Assembly (NCBI GenBank): GCA_965209155.1
Contig: OZ242383.1
Coordinates: 1,120,001-1,184,000 of the forward strand
From: a bacterium
GTDB lineage: Bacteria; SAR324; NAC60-12
DNA length: 64,000 nucleotides
Direction: 5' to 3'
The notes beneath the pieces were generated by a model. That model was not told the DNA's origin and did not search any database. It was given only the letters and a program-made list of their open reading frames with translations. Position numbers and translations under genes: made by a program. Of the stretch, positions 9,545 through 19,433 are shown in pieces (the first letter of the stretch is position 1; every line of letters begins with the position of its first letter).

Positions 9545-9793
9545 TAACCCGAGTTCGACATAAATCTTCAATTGATGGAGTATCCTGGTGTCTATTTCAT
9601 CTTCACTCAATCCCGGATCAAGAACGGAAGGGATCCAGATTTCTGTCTGGTTGCATACCCCTGGGTTCCTGGCCCAGACCAGCAATCCAGTTCGCCTTTG
9701 TGCCTTTGTGCCTCTGTGCCTCTGTGCCTTCCCTCCGTGCCTTTGTGCCTTCTTGATGATCTTCCGCAAGTTCCATACACGTAACATGAGTCA
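9545..9793. repeat. Composite repeat element (TAACCCGAGTTCGACATAA end + REP-like core + TGTGCCTT octamers)
   Basis: 9545-9690 is an inverted, diverged copy of about 1870-2023; 9666-9753 matches 22381 onward. Confidence 0.7.
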
Positions 9794-9932
9794 GCAATTT
9801 ACAGTTGCAAATCAAAAAGGTTTCATATAGAAATAAGGAGGGATCTCAAGGTCTCTCAATGTATTCGGCAAGACAGGTATGAAATTCAAGTGCAAAGCAT
9901 TATAATTAAATGATTTACCCAAGGAGCGTGAA

Positions 9933-10718
9933 ATGAATGGAAATCGAATCAAAGCAATGTGGAAGGACGGCAAACCCGCGGTTCAAGCCTGGAGTTGGAC
10001 AGGACATCCTGAAATTTCTAAGATTTTGGCAAGGGCAGGTTTCGACGCGGTTTGTCTGGACTGGCAACATGGTCTTGACGTGACTGAACAGTCGTTGGTG
10101 AATTGCATCCAGGCCATCAATACGGTACCCGGAGTGGCCGCCTTCGTCAGGTTGCCAAAAGGGGATGACTACTATATTTCCCATGCGCTGGATGCGGGGG
10201 CGGCTGGGGTGATCGTACCCATGGTGAACACTGCGGAAGAAGCCAGGTCCGCGGGGCTTGCGTGTCGCTATGCTCCTGTGGGGCGCCGCAGTTTAGCCAA
10301 TACTCCCTTCATCAAACCCGGGGAAAAGGTTGAAGAATATACGACTCGCGCCAATGAGGAGATCATTTGTCTGGTTATGGTCGAAACCCGTCAAGCCGTA
10401 GAAAATATTGAAAGTATATGCAACTCGCCTGGAATCGATGGCGTTTATATCGGACCCTATGATTTGTCTCTGGACATGCAGGTGCCGACTGCCAACTGGC
10501 ATAGCGACGAGCGACACCTGGCCGTTGTAAAACGCATCTTTCAAGTTGCCGGGAATGCCGGCCTCGTCGCGGGGCACCACGGATCCACTCCCGCCATTTC
10601 GGCAAAATTTATTAAAATGGGCGCAAAGTTATGCCAGATCGGCACGGATACATCTATCCTGTCCGGCGCATTACGATCATCTTTAGAGGGTTTTCGAGAG
10701 GCGCTGAAAGATGAATGA
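9933..10718 (+). CDS. HpcH/HpaI aldolase family protein
   Basis: GFDAVCLDWQHG, ALDAGAAGVIVPMV, RYAPVGRR, VET, YIGPYDLS. Confidence 0.9.
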   Translation: MNGNRIKAMWKDGKPAVQAWSWTGHPEISKILARAGFDAVCLDWQHGLDVTEQSLVNCIQAINTVPGVAAFVRLPKGDDYYISHALDAGAAGVIVPMVNTAEEARSAGLACRYAPVGRRSLANTPFIKPGEKVEEYTTRANEEIICLVMVETRQAVENIESICNSPGIDGVYIGPYDLSLDMQVPTANWHSDERHLAVVKRIFQVAGNAGLVAGHHGSTPAISAKFIKMGAKLCQIGTDTSILSGALRSSLEGFREALKDE

Positions 10719-10773
10719 AGCATCTTGTCCGAATCATCGCTTCACCAGGTCGATAGGCATGGCTTGCACGGCC

Positions 10774-10795
10774 AAACCCCGGTCTTTCGGGGGTA
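10774..10795. terminator. Probable bidirectional terminator hairpin
   Basis: ACCCCG-GTCTTT-CGGGG between convergent genes. Confidence 0.45.
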
Positions 10796-11176
10796 TCAAT
10801 CTTCCATATACCGTATGTAGTTTTCTCCTTCATCTTTGATGTCGAATTCTCTCAGACGCTCTTCTTCTTGCTGGCAATTGATGCAGAGTCTGGTGAAAGG
10901 AACGATCATCAATCGTTTTTTGGAAATCGGTTCGCCACATTCTTCACAGTCTCCATAACTGTTTTCTTCAATGCGTCGAATCGCATCCTCGATTTTTTCT
11001 AATTTTTCCTGTTCGCGGTCTTGCAAAAGCATGGTCAATTTCCGTTCCTGCTCTTCCACCGAACTGTCAATTTCGTCTCCAATGTCGTGTTCTGTGACTT
11101 CTTGCTCCTTTATTTTCAGAATTTCTTCGACCAGGTTTTCTTTTTCCTTGAGCAACATCAATTTTATATCTTGCAT
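10796..11176 (-). CDS. dksA: DksA/TraR C4 zinc-finger protein
   Basis: Coiled coil with DEID, YGDCEECGEPI...RL...P.TRLCINCQ. Confidence 0.85.
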   Translation of the reverse strand: MQDIKLMLLKEKENLVEEILKIKEQEVTEHDIGDEIDSSVEEQERKLTMLLQDREQEKLEKIEDAIRRIEENSYGDCEECGEPISKKRLMIVPFTRLCINCQQEEERLREFDIKDEGENYIRYMED

Positions 11177-11339
11177 CTTCTCGTCCTCCTGCTCTCGAAC
11201 ATTCCTTTTATTAACTCATGTAACGTGTATGAAACCCGGAACCATTTCAGAAAGTGAAACATTCCAAATACGACTGCCTCGGTCAATGGCAAAACCGCCT
11301 GTCGAAATCGTGAAAATCTAACGACTTTTTGACTCTGAA

Positions 11340-12677
11340 TCAAGAATAATGATTCGGCCCTCGTCCAGTGCGACGTTTTAAAACGGCTGCAAACAACCCC
11401 ATCCAATGTGAAGAAGGCAATGTCTTGAAAAAACCTTCATCAGTCAAGAAAGGCAACCGGGGTGTGGAATGAGTTAAAAATTGTTGAAAAGGGAGTATAG
11501 CATAATCCGGATGGTTTCTCAACAGGTGTTCAATTTGAAGTTCGTTTTCCTCCTTTTCCAGGGAACAAGTCACGTAAACCAGGAGACCTTCCGCTTTCAA
11601 ATGGTGAGCGGCCTTATTCAACAAGTGCTGTTGTAAGTGAATTTTGTTCAACAAAATTTCCTTGGAAGCAATCCACTTTATATCCGGGTTCTTGCGAATC
11701 GTACCCGTTGAGGAGCAAGGAACATCCAAGAGAATGACGTCGAAGGGTGACTTGAATGGAAGTTGCAGGCCATCTGAAACGAGCAATCCCCTTGTTGGCA
11801 GTCGCAGGCATTTCATATTGTGACGAAGCCGTCTCATACGTTTTGGAGAGGAGTCATTGAGAAAGAGGTTTTTCCGACAAGGGGCTTGTAGAATCCCGAT
11901 GGATTTCCCTCCAGGAGCTGCGCAGACATCCAATACGTTTCCCTTCCAAAGAGGTGCGGTACAATCCAGAAAAATTTGAGAAGAGCTGTCCTGTACATAA
12001 CACGCGCCTTGTTGAAATGCAGAGGTGTGAAACAATTCCGCCGCGTTTTCAACGACCAGTGCCTGGGTAGCGATTGGATGCAAACGCGCGGAGAGGCCTT
12101 CTTTTTCCAGGCATTCCAAGAGACCTTCCCGCTTCCAGGGGGGTATGGCGCGGATGGTAACGCCTTCGAAAATATTATTGGCCGTACAAATAGATTCCAC
12201 TTGCGCCGGTGCGTAGAATTCTTGCCAGCGGGCCACCATCCAATCCTGGTGAGAAGTACGAATTGCCAGAGAATGATGGTGATAGGAATAATTGTTTTCC
12301 AAATCACTGGCCAAATTCCTCAATACGGCATTGATGAGGGATTTTTGAGCGATGATACGGAAAGGATGGGCCAAAGCGACACTTTCGTAGATGCTGGCGC
12401 GTGTGGGAATACGGTTCATGAAGAGGAGTTGGTAAATCCCCAATGCCAGGATTCCTACCAGGCTTTTTTGCAATTTGTGGAAAGGCCTGTCCACCCGATT
12501 GCAAACTTCCGTTTGCAATAAACGACGATGGCGAATCATACCTTGCAGGAGATGGCAATAAAAACGACGGTCTTTTACGGTCTTCAACTGATCCGGAAGC
12601 CGGTCCTGCCAATGGAACGAGCGTGGAAATCTTAAAAAATCCCTCACTACCAAAAATCGAACGGGATCGTATGCCAT
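11340..12677 (-). CDS. rsmB: 16S rRNA m5C methyltransferase RsmB/Sun (NusB-like + SAM domain)
   Basis: LINAVLR, VQDSSSQ, LDVCAAPGGKS, ILLDVPCSSTG, LVYVTCS. Confidence 0.88.
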   Translation of the reverse strand: MAYDPVRFLVVRDFLRFPRSFHWQDRLPDQLKTVKDRRFYCHLLQGMIRHRRLLQTEVCNRVDRPFHKLQKSLVGILALGIYQLLFMNRIPTRASIYESVALAHPFRIIAQKSLINAVLRNLASDLENNYSYHHHSLAIRTSHQDWMVARWQEFYAPAQVESICTANNIFEGVTIRAIPPWKREGLLECLEKEGLSARLHPIATQALVVENAAELFHTSAFQQGACYVQDSSSQIFLDCTAPLWKGNVLDVCAAPGGKSIGILQAPCRKNLFLNDSSPKRMRRLRHNMKCLRLPTRGLLVSDGLQLPFKSPFDVILLDVPCSSTGTIRKNPDIKWIASKEILLNKIHLQQHLLNKAAHHLKAEGLLVYVTCSLEKEENELQIEHLLRNHPDYAILPFQQFLTHSTPRLPFLTDEGFFKTLPSSHWMGLFAAVLKRRTGRGPNHYS

Positions 12678-12690
12678 CTTTTCCGTAAAT

Positions 12691-12863
12691 ATGCGAATCA
12701 GGAGATGAAATTTAATTTATAAAATCAATAATTTAATATTTATGATGTGCCATGCCGGTCCCGGATCCCCCTGGATTCCTGGTCAAGCCTGGAATGACAA
12801 ATGCGATTTCCTGGATTCCTGGTCAAGCCAGGAATGACACGATTTTTAACTCCTGATTCACGT
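12691..12863. mobile_element. MITE with REP-like internal palindromes
   Basis: Imperfect TIRs ATGCGAATCAGGAG / CTCCTGATTCACGT; direct repeat CCGTAAAT at 12683-12690 and 12864-12871. Confidence 0.75.
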
Positions 12864-12923
12864 CCGTAAATATGAAGGAGTTTCCTGAATTGGTATTGAA
12901 CTTTCCGCGCATTATCGATAGGC

Positions 12924-14324
12924 TTGCTTTATATACCTCTAACCTTCTCCTGTCTCAAGGGTATTGTGCCGGCAATTCATCATTTTAACTCGAAACATCT
13001 CCTCACTTTGGGAGGTAGCTTGTTGCTCGGGTTCTTGTTTTTTCTGTATTGGGCTGACATCGAGGCTGTCAGCGACACCCCATTCTGGTTGATTGTCGCT
13101 GGTGATTTGAGGGGTGAAATCAAACCTTGCGGCTGCAGTCCTGAAGGGGACATGGGAGGATTGCTGCGTCGCGCCAGTTATTTGGAACAACTGCGCGCAT
13201 CCGAGAATCCGCTTTATTATCTCGATTTGGGAAACAATTTTCCCCCTCCCTCCGAGCAAGGTCGTTTGAAGGTGGATTTGATTCAAAAAACTCTGAAACG
13301 GCTCAACCCTTTGGTGATTTTACTGGGTCCCAATGAACTACTCTACGAAAAATCGCTTTTGGACCTGCAGCTTCCGTATTTACTCTCCAACGTTCGTGCG
13401 GACTGGCCCTTTAAAAAATCTCATATTGAAAAGTTGGCAAACCATCAAATCGGTATCTGGGGTTATCTCTCTCCCACGCAAATTTACCAAAATAAGAACG
13501 AGGAGCAAACGGTCTATCCCGTTGATACCGCCCTTCTCGAGGAGTGGCGAGAGGAATTGCAAGAAAGTCGCGCAGACTACGCTATTTTATTGTTCCGGGG
13601 TAATGAAGAAGAATTATCACAGTTCGAACAAAGTCATTTATTCAACATCATCATCACGGGCAGCAACAACGATGATGAATTGAACCAGGTTTTAGAAATG
13701 CAAACCACCACGGGAACTTTTCCTGCAGTACCCACCAAAGGACAAGGCGCCCTACATGCAAAAATTGAATGGAGCAACCAACCTGCTCGATCAGGAAGTC
13801 CCGACTCGAGCGACAGTGAAATTGCATGGGAGGTGACATGGCTTTATGATAAGTATCCTGATCATGCTGAGATTCAACCTTTCTTTGATGATTACAATGA
13901 ACACGTCAAAGAACTGTTTTTTACGAACCTCGACCGCATGGAAAAACACGCGCGCGATACTCCGTATGGAGGAGAGATCGTATGCAAGGCATGTCATCTT
14001 GCCCAACACTCGATATGGATCGATAGCCGACACAGCCGCGCATACGCGACCTTGCAAAACGTCAACAAGCATTTTGACCTGGAATGCTTGCAATGCCACG
14101 TCGTGGGTCTGCAGCAGGAGGGTTTCCTCAGCGTGGAGTTGACTCCCACCCTGCTCAACGTGCAATGCGAGAACTGCCACGGGCCCGCCAAAGCTCATAT
14201 CAGCAATCCAACCCAAGTGCGTCCCCCCACCAAACCTGCCCAACAAACTTGCGTTTCCTGTCATCGAGGAAGTCATTCCCCGACTTTTGAATACTCGACG
14301 TACTGGGCCAAAATCGCGCATTAA
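12924..14324 (+). CDS. Tetraheme c-type cytochrome with N-terminal UshA/metallophosphoesterase-like domain
   Basis: CKACH, CLQCH, CENCH, CVSCH; N-terminal TM and GEIKPCGC...GGLLRR...LDLGN; exact start uncertain. Confidence 0.8.
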   Translation: MLYIPLTFSCLKGIVPAIHHFNSKHLLTLGGSLLLGFLFFLYWADIEAVSDTPFWLIVAGDLRGEIKPCGCSPEGDMGGLLRRASYLEQLRASENPLYYLDLGNNFPPPSEQGRLKVDLIQKTLKRLNPLVILLGPNELLYEKSLLDLQLPYLLSNVRADWPFKKSHIEKLANHQIGIWGYLSPTQIYQNKNEEQTVYPVDTALLEEWREELQESRADYAILLFRGNEEELSQFEQSHLFNIIITGSNNDDELNQVLEMQTTTGTFPAVPTKGQGALHAKIEWSNQPARSGSPDSSDSEIAWEVTWLYDKYPDHAEIQPFFDDYNEHVKELFFTNLDRMEKHARDTPYGGEIVCKACHLAQHSIWIDSRHSRAYATLQNVNKHFDLECLQCHVVGLQQEGFLSVELTPTLLNVQCENCHGPAKAHISNPTQVRPPTKPAQQTCVSCHRGSHSPTFEYSTYWAKIAH

Positions 14325-15910
14325 CAGGAAGATTCTCCGGGGTTCTTCTTCCAATTTTCCAACCAATTCAATAATGCGGATTGTTCAGCAAAGCAATTGG
14401 GATATTTCATCTCCGGGCGTTTGATAACAATCAATGGAATCTCCAAAGAGCGGGCAGCTGACGCTTTTGCCAGAAAACCACCCGCTTCTCCGGAATCTTT
14501 GCTGACGACGCAATCAACTTGCCAGCTTCGCCAAAGCGTTTCATTGAATTCCTTTGTGAAGGGTCCTTGCATTGCGCAAATGTGATCGGCTGGGATTCCA
14601 AAATCGATAGCGCGTTGCACGGAGGAAGGATCCGGAGTGATGCGGAGATACCATTCGCGCCGGGCAGCACCGGAAGCATCGAGATAAATTCCGAGATCTT
14701 TGGAGCCGGATGACAAAAAAATGCGTTTTCCTTGGGTGATTGCGACTTGCGCGGCCTCCTCCGTGGTTTGACAAATCGTGATGAAAGGCGACCCATCCAC
14801 CTCGGGGGGATGGCTTTCCGGGCGTTCAAAACGCAAGTACGGAATCTTCAATTCAGCAGAAAGTTGCAACAACTGCGAGGAAATTTTTGTGGCAAAAGGG
14901 TGAGTCGCGTCGATGATGGCGCAAGCGGAAGTTTCCCGCAACGCTTGACGACGCATCGTGATGCCTTTCCTCCCTCCGGTTACAGGTAATCGGGGAAATT
15001 TATTTTTTAATAGCTCTTTGCCATATCCGGTTGCGGTGGAGACAATGACGGGATAACCCCGCGTTTCCATTTCGGCAGCCAGGCGATTGCCATCGCCGGT
15101 ACCTGAAAAAACCCAATACGCATGGTGTGGAAGCGCGCTTGCTGGTTGAGTTGACTTGGTGAGATGCTCAGGCTCCCGCAATCCGAGATATCCACGCGGG
15201 GTCACCAGAAATTTGCCTTTGCGACGCGTGAAACGATTACCGACGACAATGGTGGTGCGCATATCGAATTGCTGATCGAGCAGGTCTTCCAGGACTGTGA
15301 CAGCCGTTACTTGCTGATCTCGATATGCGTCGCGAACCACCCCGCACCAGGTGGTGGGCAACTTATGTCGTAACATGATTCGCAAAACCCGGTAGATCCC
15401 TTGCTGCCGTGTCCGGCTTTGAACGTTGTATAAAACGGCTACCAAGTCGGCCCGGGCAATGAAAGTTGCCCGGTTCTCGATCAATTCCCACGGGCATAAA
15501 TGGTCTGAAAGCGAAAGTGTGGCAAAATCATGGGACAAAGGCGCTCCTAAGAGTGAAGCGCAAGCATTGGCTGCCGTTATTCCGGGAATGACTTCCACTT
15601 GAAAAGGCTCCCGTTCTTCCATCAACTCAAAGGCGAGACCCGCCATGGCATAGACACCGATATCACCGCCGGAAACCAGGCTCACCTGCTTGCCGGCGCG
15701 AGCCAGCTCAATGGCTTTCTCTACACGTTCACGCTCTTGGGTGAGAGGAAAGGCATGGACCATTTTACCTGCCACTTCCTCCTTAATCCAAAGCAGGTAA
15801 TGGTGGTAGCCGACAATCTCCTCACTCAGCGCAATGGCATTCATAGCCCTGGGAGGAATGAGCTCCTTATGTCCGGGTCCAAGGGAAACGAGATAGAGTT
15901 TACCTTGCAT
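14321..15910 (-). CDS. cobJ: Fused precorrin-3B C17-methyltransferase / precorrin-6A reductase (CbiH-CbiJ; CobJ-CobK)
   Basis: LVSLGPG, VSGGDIGVYAMAG, HDFA.LSLSD, TPRGY; then SGTGDG, IDATHPFA, AMQGPF, VSKDSG. Confidence 0.9.
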   Translation of the reverse strand: MQGKLYLVSLGPGHKELIPPRAMNAIALSEEIVGYHHYLLWIKEEVAGKMVHAFPLTQERERVEKAIELARAGKQVSLVSGGDIGVYAMAGLAFELMEEREPFQVEVIPGITAANACASLLGAPLSHDFATLSLSDHLCPWELIENRATFIARADLVAVLYNVQSRTRQQGIYRVLRIMLRHKLPTTWCGVVRDAYRDQQVTAVTVLEDLLDQQFDMRTTIVVGNRFTRRKGKFLVTPRGYLGLREPEHLTKSTQPASALPHHAYWVFSGTGDGNRLAAEMETRGYPVIVSTATGYGKELLKNKFPRLPVTGGRKGITMRRQALRETSACAIIDATHPFATKISSQLLQLSAELKIPYLRFERPESHPPEVDGSPFITICQTTEEAAQVAITQGKRIFLSSGSKDLGIYLDASGAARREWYLRITPDPSSVQRAIDFGIPADHICAMQGPFTKEFNETLWRSWQVDCVVSKDSGEAGGFLAKASAARSLEIPLIVIKRPEMKYPNCFAEQSALLNWLENWKKNPGESSC

Positions 15911-15919
15911 GATGTTTCC

Positions 15920-16678
15920 TTATTCTGGTAAAAACACCGGGTCGTCCACGATTGCAACGGCGACGCCTTTGCAGGTTGTTTTCCGCAAAATCAACTCCCC
16001 GCGTATACTGGCCAACAAGGCGCAAGGCTCACAAACACCCGCCACTCCCAAATTTTGCTGAACCCAATGGGAAGAGCGGGTAACCCAAGGACGAATTGCC
16101 AGCAGTTCGCGTTTGATCCCATGCAGGGGGAGTTCACGACGCGCGCACCACTGGCGCAGTCCCGGTTCTTTTTCCTTCAGGTCAATCGTGGCAATTTCAC
16201 GCACTTCCCGGAAGCTGCGTCCGATTTGTCGCAAGGCCTGGCCGACTGCTTCTTCAATTTGGTCGGGTGCCACTCCTTTACGACAGCCTATACCAATCAC
16301 AATCGGTTTGAGCGTTTCGGTCGCGGTCGTGATTACAGGAATAGCTCCCGTCAGCGTCGCGATTTGGTGGGCCAGTAAATTGGCTTTCCCTTCGTGCCCT
16401 GCAAGCAAAGAAACCGCATAACGCGCCCCTTCATCCAGCACGACTACGCCGGGATCGGTGCGTTTGTCTTGCGGCAATCCTTCCAGGTACCGCACTGCAA
16501 TCCCCGTTGTCATCACCAACACCCAGGGCGCGTATTCAAAAAACAACTCGGCAAACCGAGACTTAGCGGATTTTTCCGGATGTTTCCAGGAACTCAACAA
16601 TTCCGCGGAAAGTTGTTGTTGTAAAAACAGACCCAAAGGTTCGGCTTGTTGTCGAACCAGCCAAATTCCCGATTTCAT
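15920..16678 (-). CDS. cbiG: Cobalamin biosynthesis protein CbiG
   Basis: DKRTDPGVVVLDE, LLAGHEG.AN, PVITTAT, GIGCRKG, GVCEPCAL. Confidence 0.9.
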   Translation of the reverse strand: MKSGIWLVRQQAEPLGLFLQQQLSAELLSSWKHPEKSAKSRFAELFFEYAPWVLVMTTGIAVRYLEGLPQDKRTDPGVVVLDEGARYAVSLLAGHEGKANLLAHQIATLTGAIPVITTATETLKPIVIGIGCRKGVAPDQIEEAVGQALRQIGRSFREVREIATIDLKEKEPGLRQWCARRELPLHGIKRELLAIRPWVTRSSHWVQQNLGVAGVCEPCALLASIRGELILRKTTCKGVAVAIVDDPVFLPE

Positions 16679-17511
16679 TTCTTTTTCGCTCCCACGCTGT
16701 TATTGGTACGACCAGGCGGATTCCTTCCCACGCTGCCCTCCGATCGACTGGACCGGCACCCTCTGCGAAAGCGGTGGGTGTACCGGGCAGAGTACAATTG
16801 AGATTCCTCCTCGAGCTCCTCTCTTAAAACGGATCCGACAAGGACCATGGTGGACAAGGCCCATTCCCGCACTTTGATTTCATCGAGGACCTTAGCCAGC
16901 GTGCCGAGATAAATACGCTCTTCAGGCCAAGTGGCTTTTTGAACCAGGGCGATCGGCGTATCCCCGCTATAAAATGGTCTGAGTTCTTTAACAATTTCTG
17001 GCAAATGAGGGCCCGATAGAAAAATACACAAAGTGGCTTGGTGCGCGGCAAGCCTTGATAGGCTTTCCTTTTCAGGAACAGGGGAAGCCCGTCCGGAAAC
17101 TCGCGTTAAAATTACGGTCTGAGAAACACGTGGTTTGGTCAATTCCTTCTGCAAACAGGCGGCTGAGGCGGAAAACGAAGAAACGCCCGGCACGACTTCA
17201 AAGGGAATTCCCAATTGACGCAATCGCTCGATTTGCTCGGCAATCGTCCCGTAAATGGCGGGATCTCCGGAGTGGAGACGGGCCACGTCCCATTCATTTT
17301 GTCGGGCTAATTCGTAGTAGGTTTCCTGTTCTTCCAGGTTCAATAACGCAGTGTCAATCACCTTGAACGCTTCCTGGCAATGCATGAGAACTTCACGATT
17401 GACCAAGGACCCGGCATACATCACCATTGGAACTTTTTTAAGGATTCGGATACCCCGCAAGGTGATCAAGTCCGCCGCCCCGGGGCCTGCTCCGATAAAA
17501 TAGACTTTCAT
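16675..17511 (-). CDS. cobM: Precorrin-4 C11-methyltransferase (CbiF/CobM)
   Basis: VYFIGAGPG..DLITLRG, YAGSLV, RLHSGDP.IYG; ATG overlaps the upstream TGA. Confidence 0.92.
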   Translation of the reverse strand: MKVYFIGAGPGAADLITLRGIRILKKVPMVMYAGSLVNREVLMHCQEAFKVIDTALLNLEEQETYYELARQNEWDVARLHSGDPAIYGTIAEQIERLRQLGIPFEVVPGVSSFSASAACLQKELTKPRVSQTVILTRVSGRASPVPEKESLSRLAAHQATLCIFLSGPHLPEIVKELRPFYSGDTPIALVQKATWPEERIYLGTLAKVLDEIKVREWALSTMVLVGSVLREELEEESQLYSARYTHRFRRGCRSSRSEGSVGRNPPGRTNNSVGAKKK

Positions 17512-18263
17512 ACGTGCCGTTTCTCTCTGGGAAGCTTGCGGATGAGCATGGTGGACAAATAACCAGTAGACTCTCCGGCCTTCAATTGCGTCAAATCGTT
17601 GCATAAAACTTCTTCTTCAAACCCCAAATATCCACCAAATGCGCAATATCGTTCGATGTTCATGGATTGCAGGAGTCGCAACACCCGGGGCAGTCTTTTG
17701 CCGATCTTCATCAGCACTACCACGTCATGGCTTTCAATATCCACCTGCAAATTTTTCATATTATCCGGGCAAGGCAAGATCAAAAGACGTTCTTTTCCCT
17801 CTCCCAAGGGCCAGTTCAAAGAAGCAGCGATGGCAGCGAAGCTGGTGATACCAGGGAAAGTGTGGTGAGGAACCTCCGGAAGGACTTCCAGTAAAGCTGA
17901 AATCGTATAACCATAGGTGGAGTAGGTGAGGGGGTCTCCCAAGGTGAGATAACCCACATTTTTCCCCTGTATCAATTCCCTGGCAATCCGGTGCGAGAAC
18001 TGGTTGTAATGGTTTCGCAGCACATTACGATTGGGATCCATTTTGAAAGGGATATTTCGAAATTTTTCCTGTGGAATGTCCAGCCCCCTCAAGCACCACC
18101 TTGCTTTGGAGTCCTCTCGGGAGTCGGCAATGGGACAGTAAATGATTTCGCAATCATGCAAAGCGCGTAAAGCGCTGACGGGTATAAGACCCTCCGGTCC
18201 GGGGCCCACCCCCACCCCATAAAAAGTGCCCAACCGGTTTTCAGGGTAAGAAGTTTGCGGCAT
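17508..18263 (-). CDS. cobI: Precorrin-2 C20-methyltransferase (CbiL/CobI)
   Basis: YGVGVGPG, LTLGDP..YSTY, PGITS, VLMK. Confidence 0.9.
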   Translation of the reverse strand: MPQTSYPENRLGTFYGVGVGPGPEGLIPVSALRALHDCEIIYCPIADSREDSKARWCLRGLDIPQEKFRNIPFKMDPNRNVLRNHYNQFSHRIARELIQGKNVGYLTLGDPLTYSTYGYTISALLEVLPEVPHHTFPGITSFAAIAASLNWPLGEGKERLLILPCPDNMKNLQVDIESHDVVVLMKIGKRLPRVLRLLQSMNIERYCAFGGYLGFEEEVLCNDLTQLKAGESTGYLSTMLIRKLPREKRHV

Positions 18264-18287
18264 GGTTCCTCACAATTCACCATGATA

Positions 18288-19433
18288 TTAAAGCGACCCT
18301 CGCAGGAGTATTCGTCGCATCGCAATCAAGCGCACTTGTACTTCTTGCACGCGTTTTGTCTTTTCATGAACGATCTTTGCGATTTGATTTTCCACCTCCT
18401 GCCAGAAATGAAAGACGTTCACTTCATTTTCCAAATGCCGGATGACCTGTTCCATGGTGGTCGATTGCCGGCATCTTTCAATGAGCGTCGGTGCCATTCC
18501 GAAGCGCTCGGCTGCCCGAGAGACTGCATATACCGCAGTCCCGCTGGCTCCAGAATGAGTGTCCCATACCCGGTCGAGCAATTTTGCCAATTTTCCAGGA
18601 TGCCCAACCAACCAAAGACGGGGAAGCACGAAATCATACTCAGCCAGGGTCTGGTTCAGGGAATCAATGGAAAATCCGACAAAATTCGACATCTGTACAA
18701 CGCGCTTCAGGGGGAATTCCAAATTTTGAGCAGCGAAACGCTGGCCAATGTTTCCGGGAGTGAAGACTATCTCCCGGGGACGGTCCGCAATGGCAATGCG
18801 AACGTACAACTCAATGGACGCGAGAAAAGACGAGAGTGATTTGGGCTCGACGATACCCGAAGTGCCGAGAATGGAAATACCATCGACGATTCCTAAACGA
18901 GCATTGTAAGTTTTTTTGGAAATTTCCACTCCATTTTCACAGCCTATCTCGAGGTCAAAGCCTGTATCGCCCGAATAACCAATCTCCTCCAGGATTTCAT
19001 GGACGGCTGCTATCATCATCTGGCGGGGAACGGGGTTGATTGCGGGTTCTCCCGCCGGGAATGCAAAACCAGGCTCGGTGATTGTTCCCACACCCGATCC
19101 TGCGAAAAAGCGAATTTTCGACTGGTCGTTGGCTTGGACAGTGGCAAAAATCTTTGCTCGATGCGTCACATCGGGATCATCACCAGCGTCTTTTTCCACA
19201 GTGGCTCGTACCCGACCGGGGCTTTCCTCTGCGATGTTCAATATGCGGAAATTGACAAAATGAACGCCATCCACCAGGTTGACCAGAACCTGCGAGCATT
19301 CCCTGCCCTGCAACAACTTGAGCAACGCTGCTTTAACGGCAGCCGTCGCGCAAGATCCGGTGGTCACTCCACGACGCAATCCGTTGGCCGCCGGTTCTTT
19401 GAAATCAAAGGCTTTCCGGGCTGCAGTGTTCAT
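18288..19433 (-). CDS. cbiD: Cobalt-precorrin-5B C1-methyltransferase CbiD
   Basis: LRRGVTTGSCATAA, KDAGDDPDVTH, AINPVPR, GISILGTSGIV, DTHS. Confidence 0.93.
   Translation of the reverse strand: MNTAARKAFDFKEPAANGLRRGVTTGSCATAAVKAALLKLLQGRECSQVLVNLVDGVHFVNFRILNIAEESPGRVRATVEKDAGDDPDVTHRAKIFATVQANDQSKIRFFAGSGVGTITEPGFAFPAGEPAINPVPRQMMIAAVHEILEEIGYSGDTGFDLEIGCENGVEISKKTYNARLGIVDGISILGTSGIVEPKSLSSFLASIELYVRIAIADRPREIVFTPGNIGQRFAAQNLEFPLKRVVQMSNFVGFSIDSLNQTLAEYDFVLPRLWLVGHPGKLAKLLDRVWDTHSGASGTAVYAVSRAAERFGMAPTLIERCRQSTTMEQVIRHLENEVNVFHFWQEVENQIAKIVHEKTKRVQEVQVRLIAMRRILLRGSL

Noticed and set aside
13120..13145. Selenocysteine in the cytochrome CGC motif
   Set aside because: Both codons are TGC; no in-frame TGA
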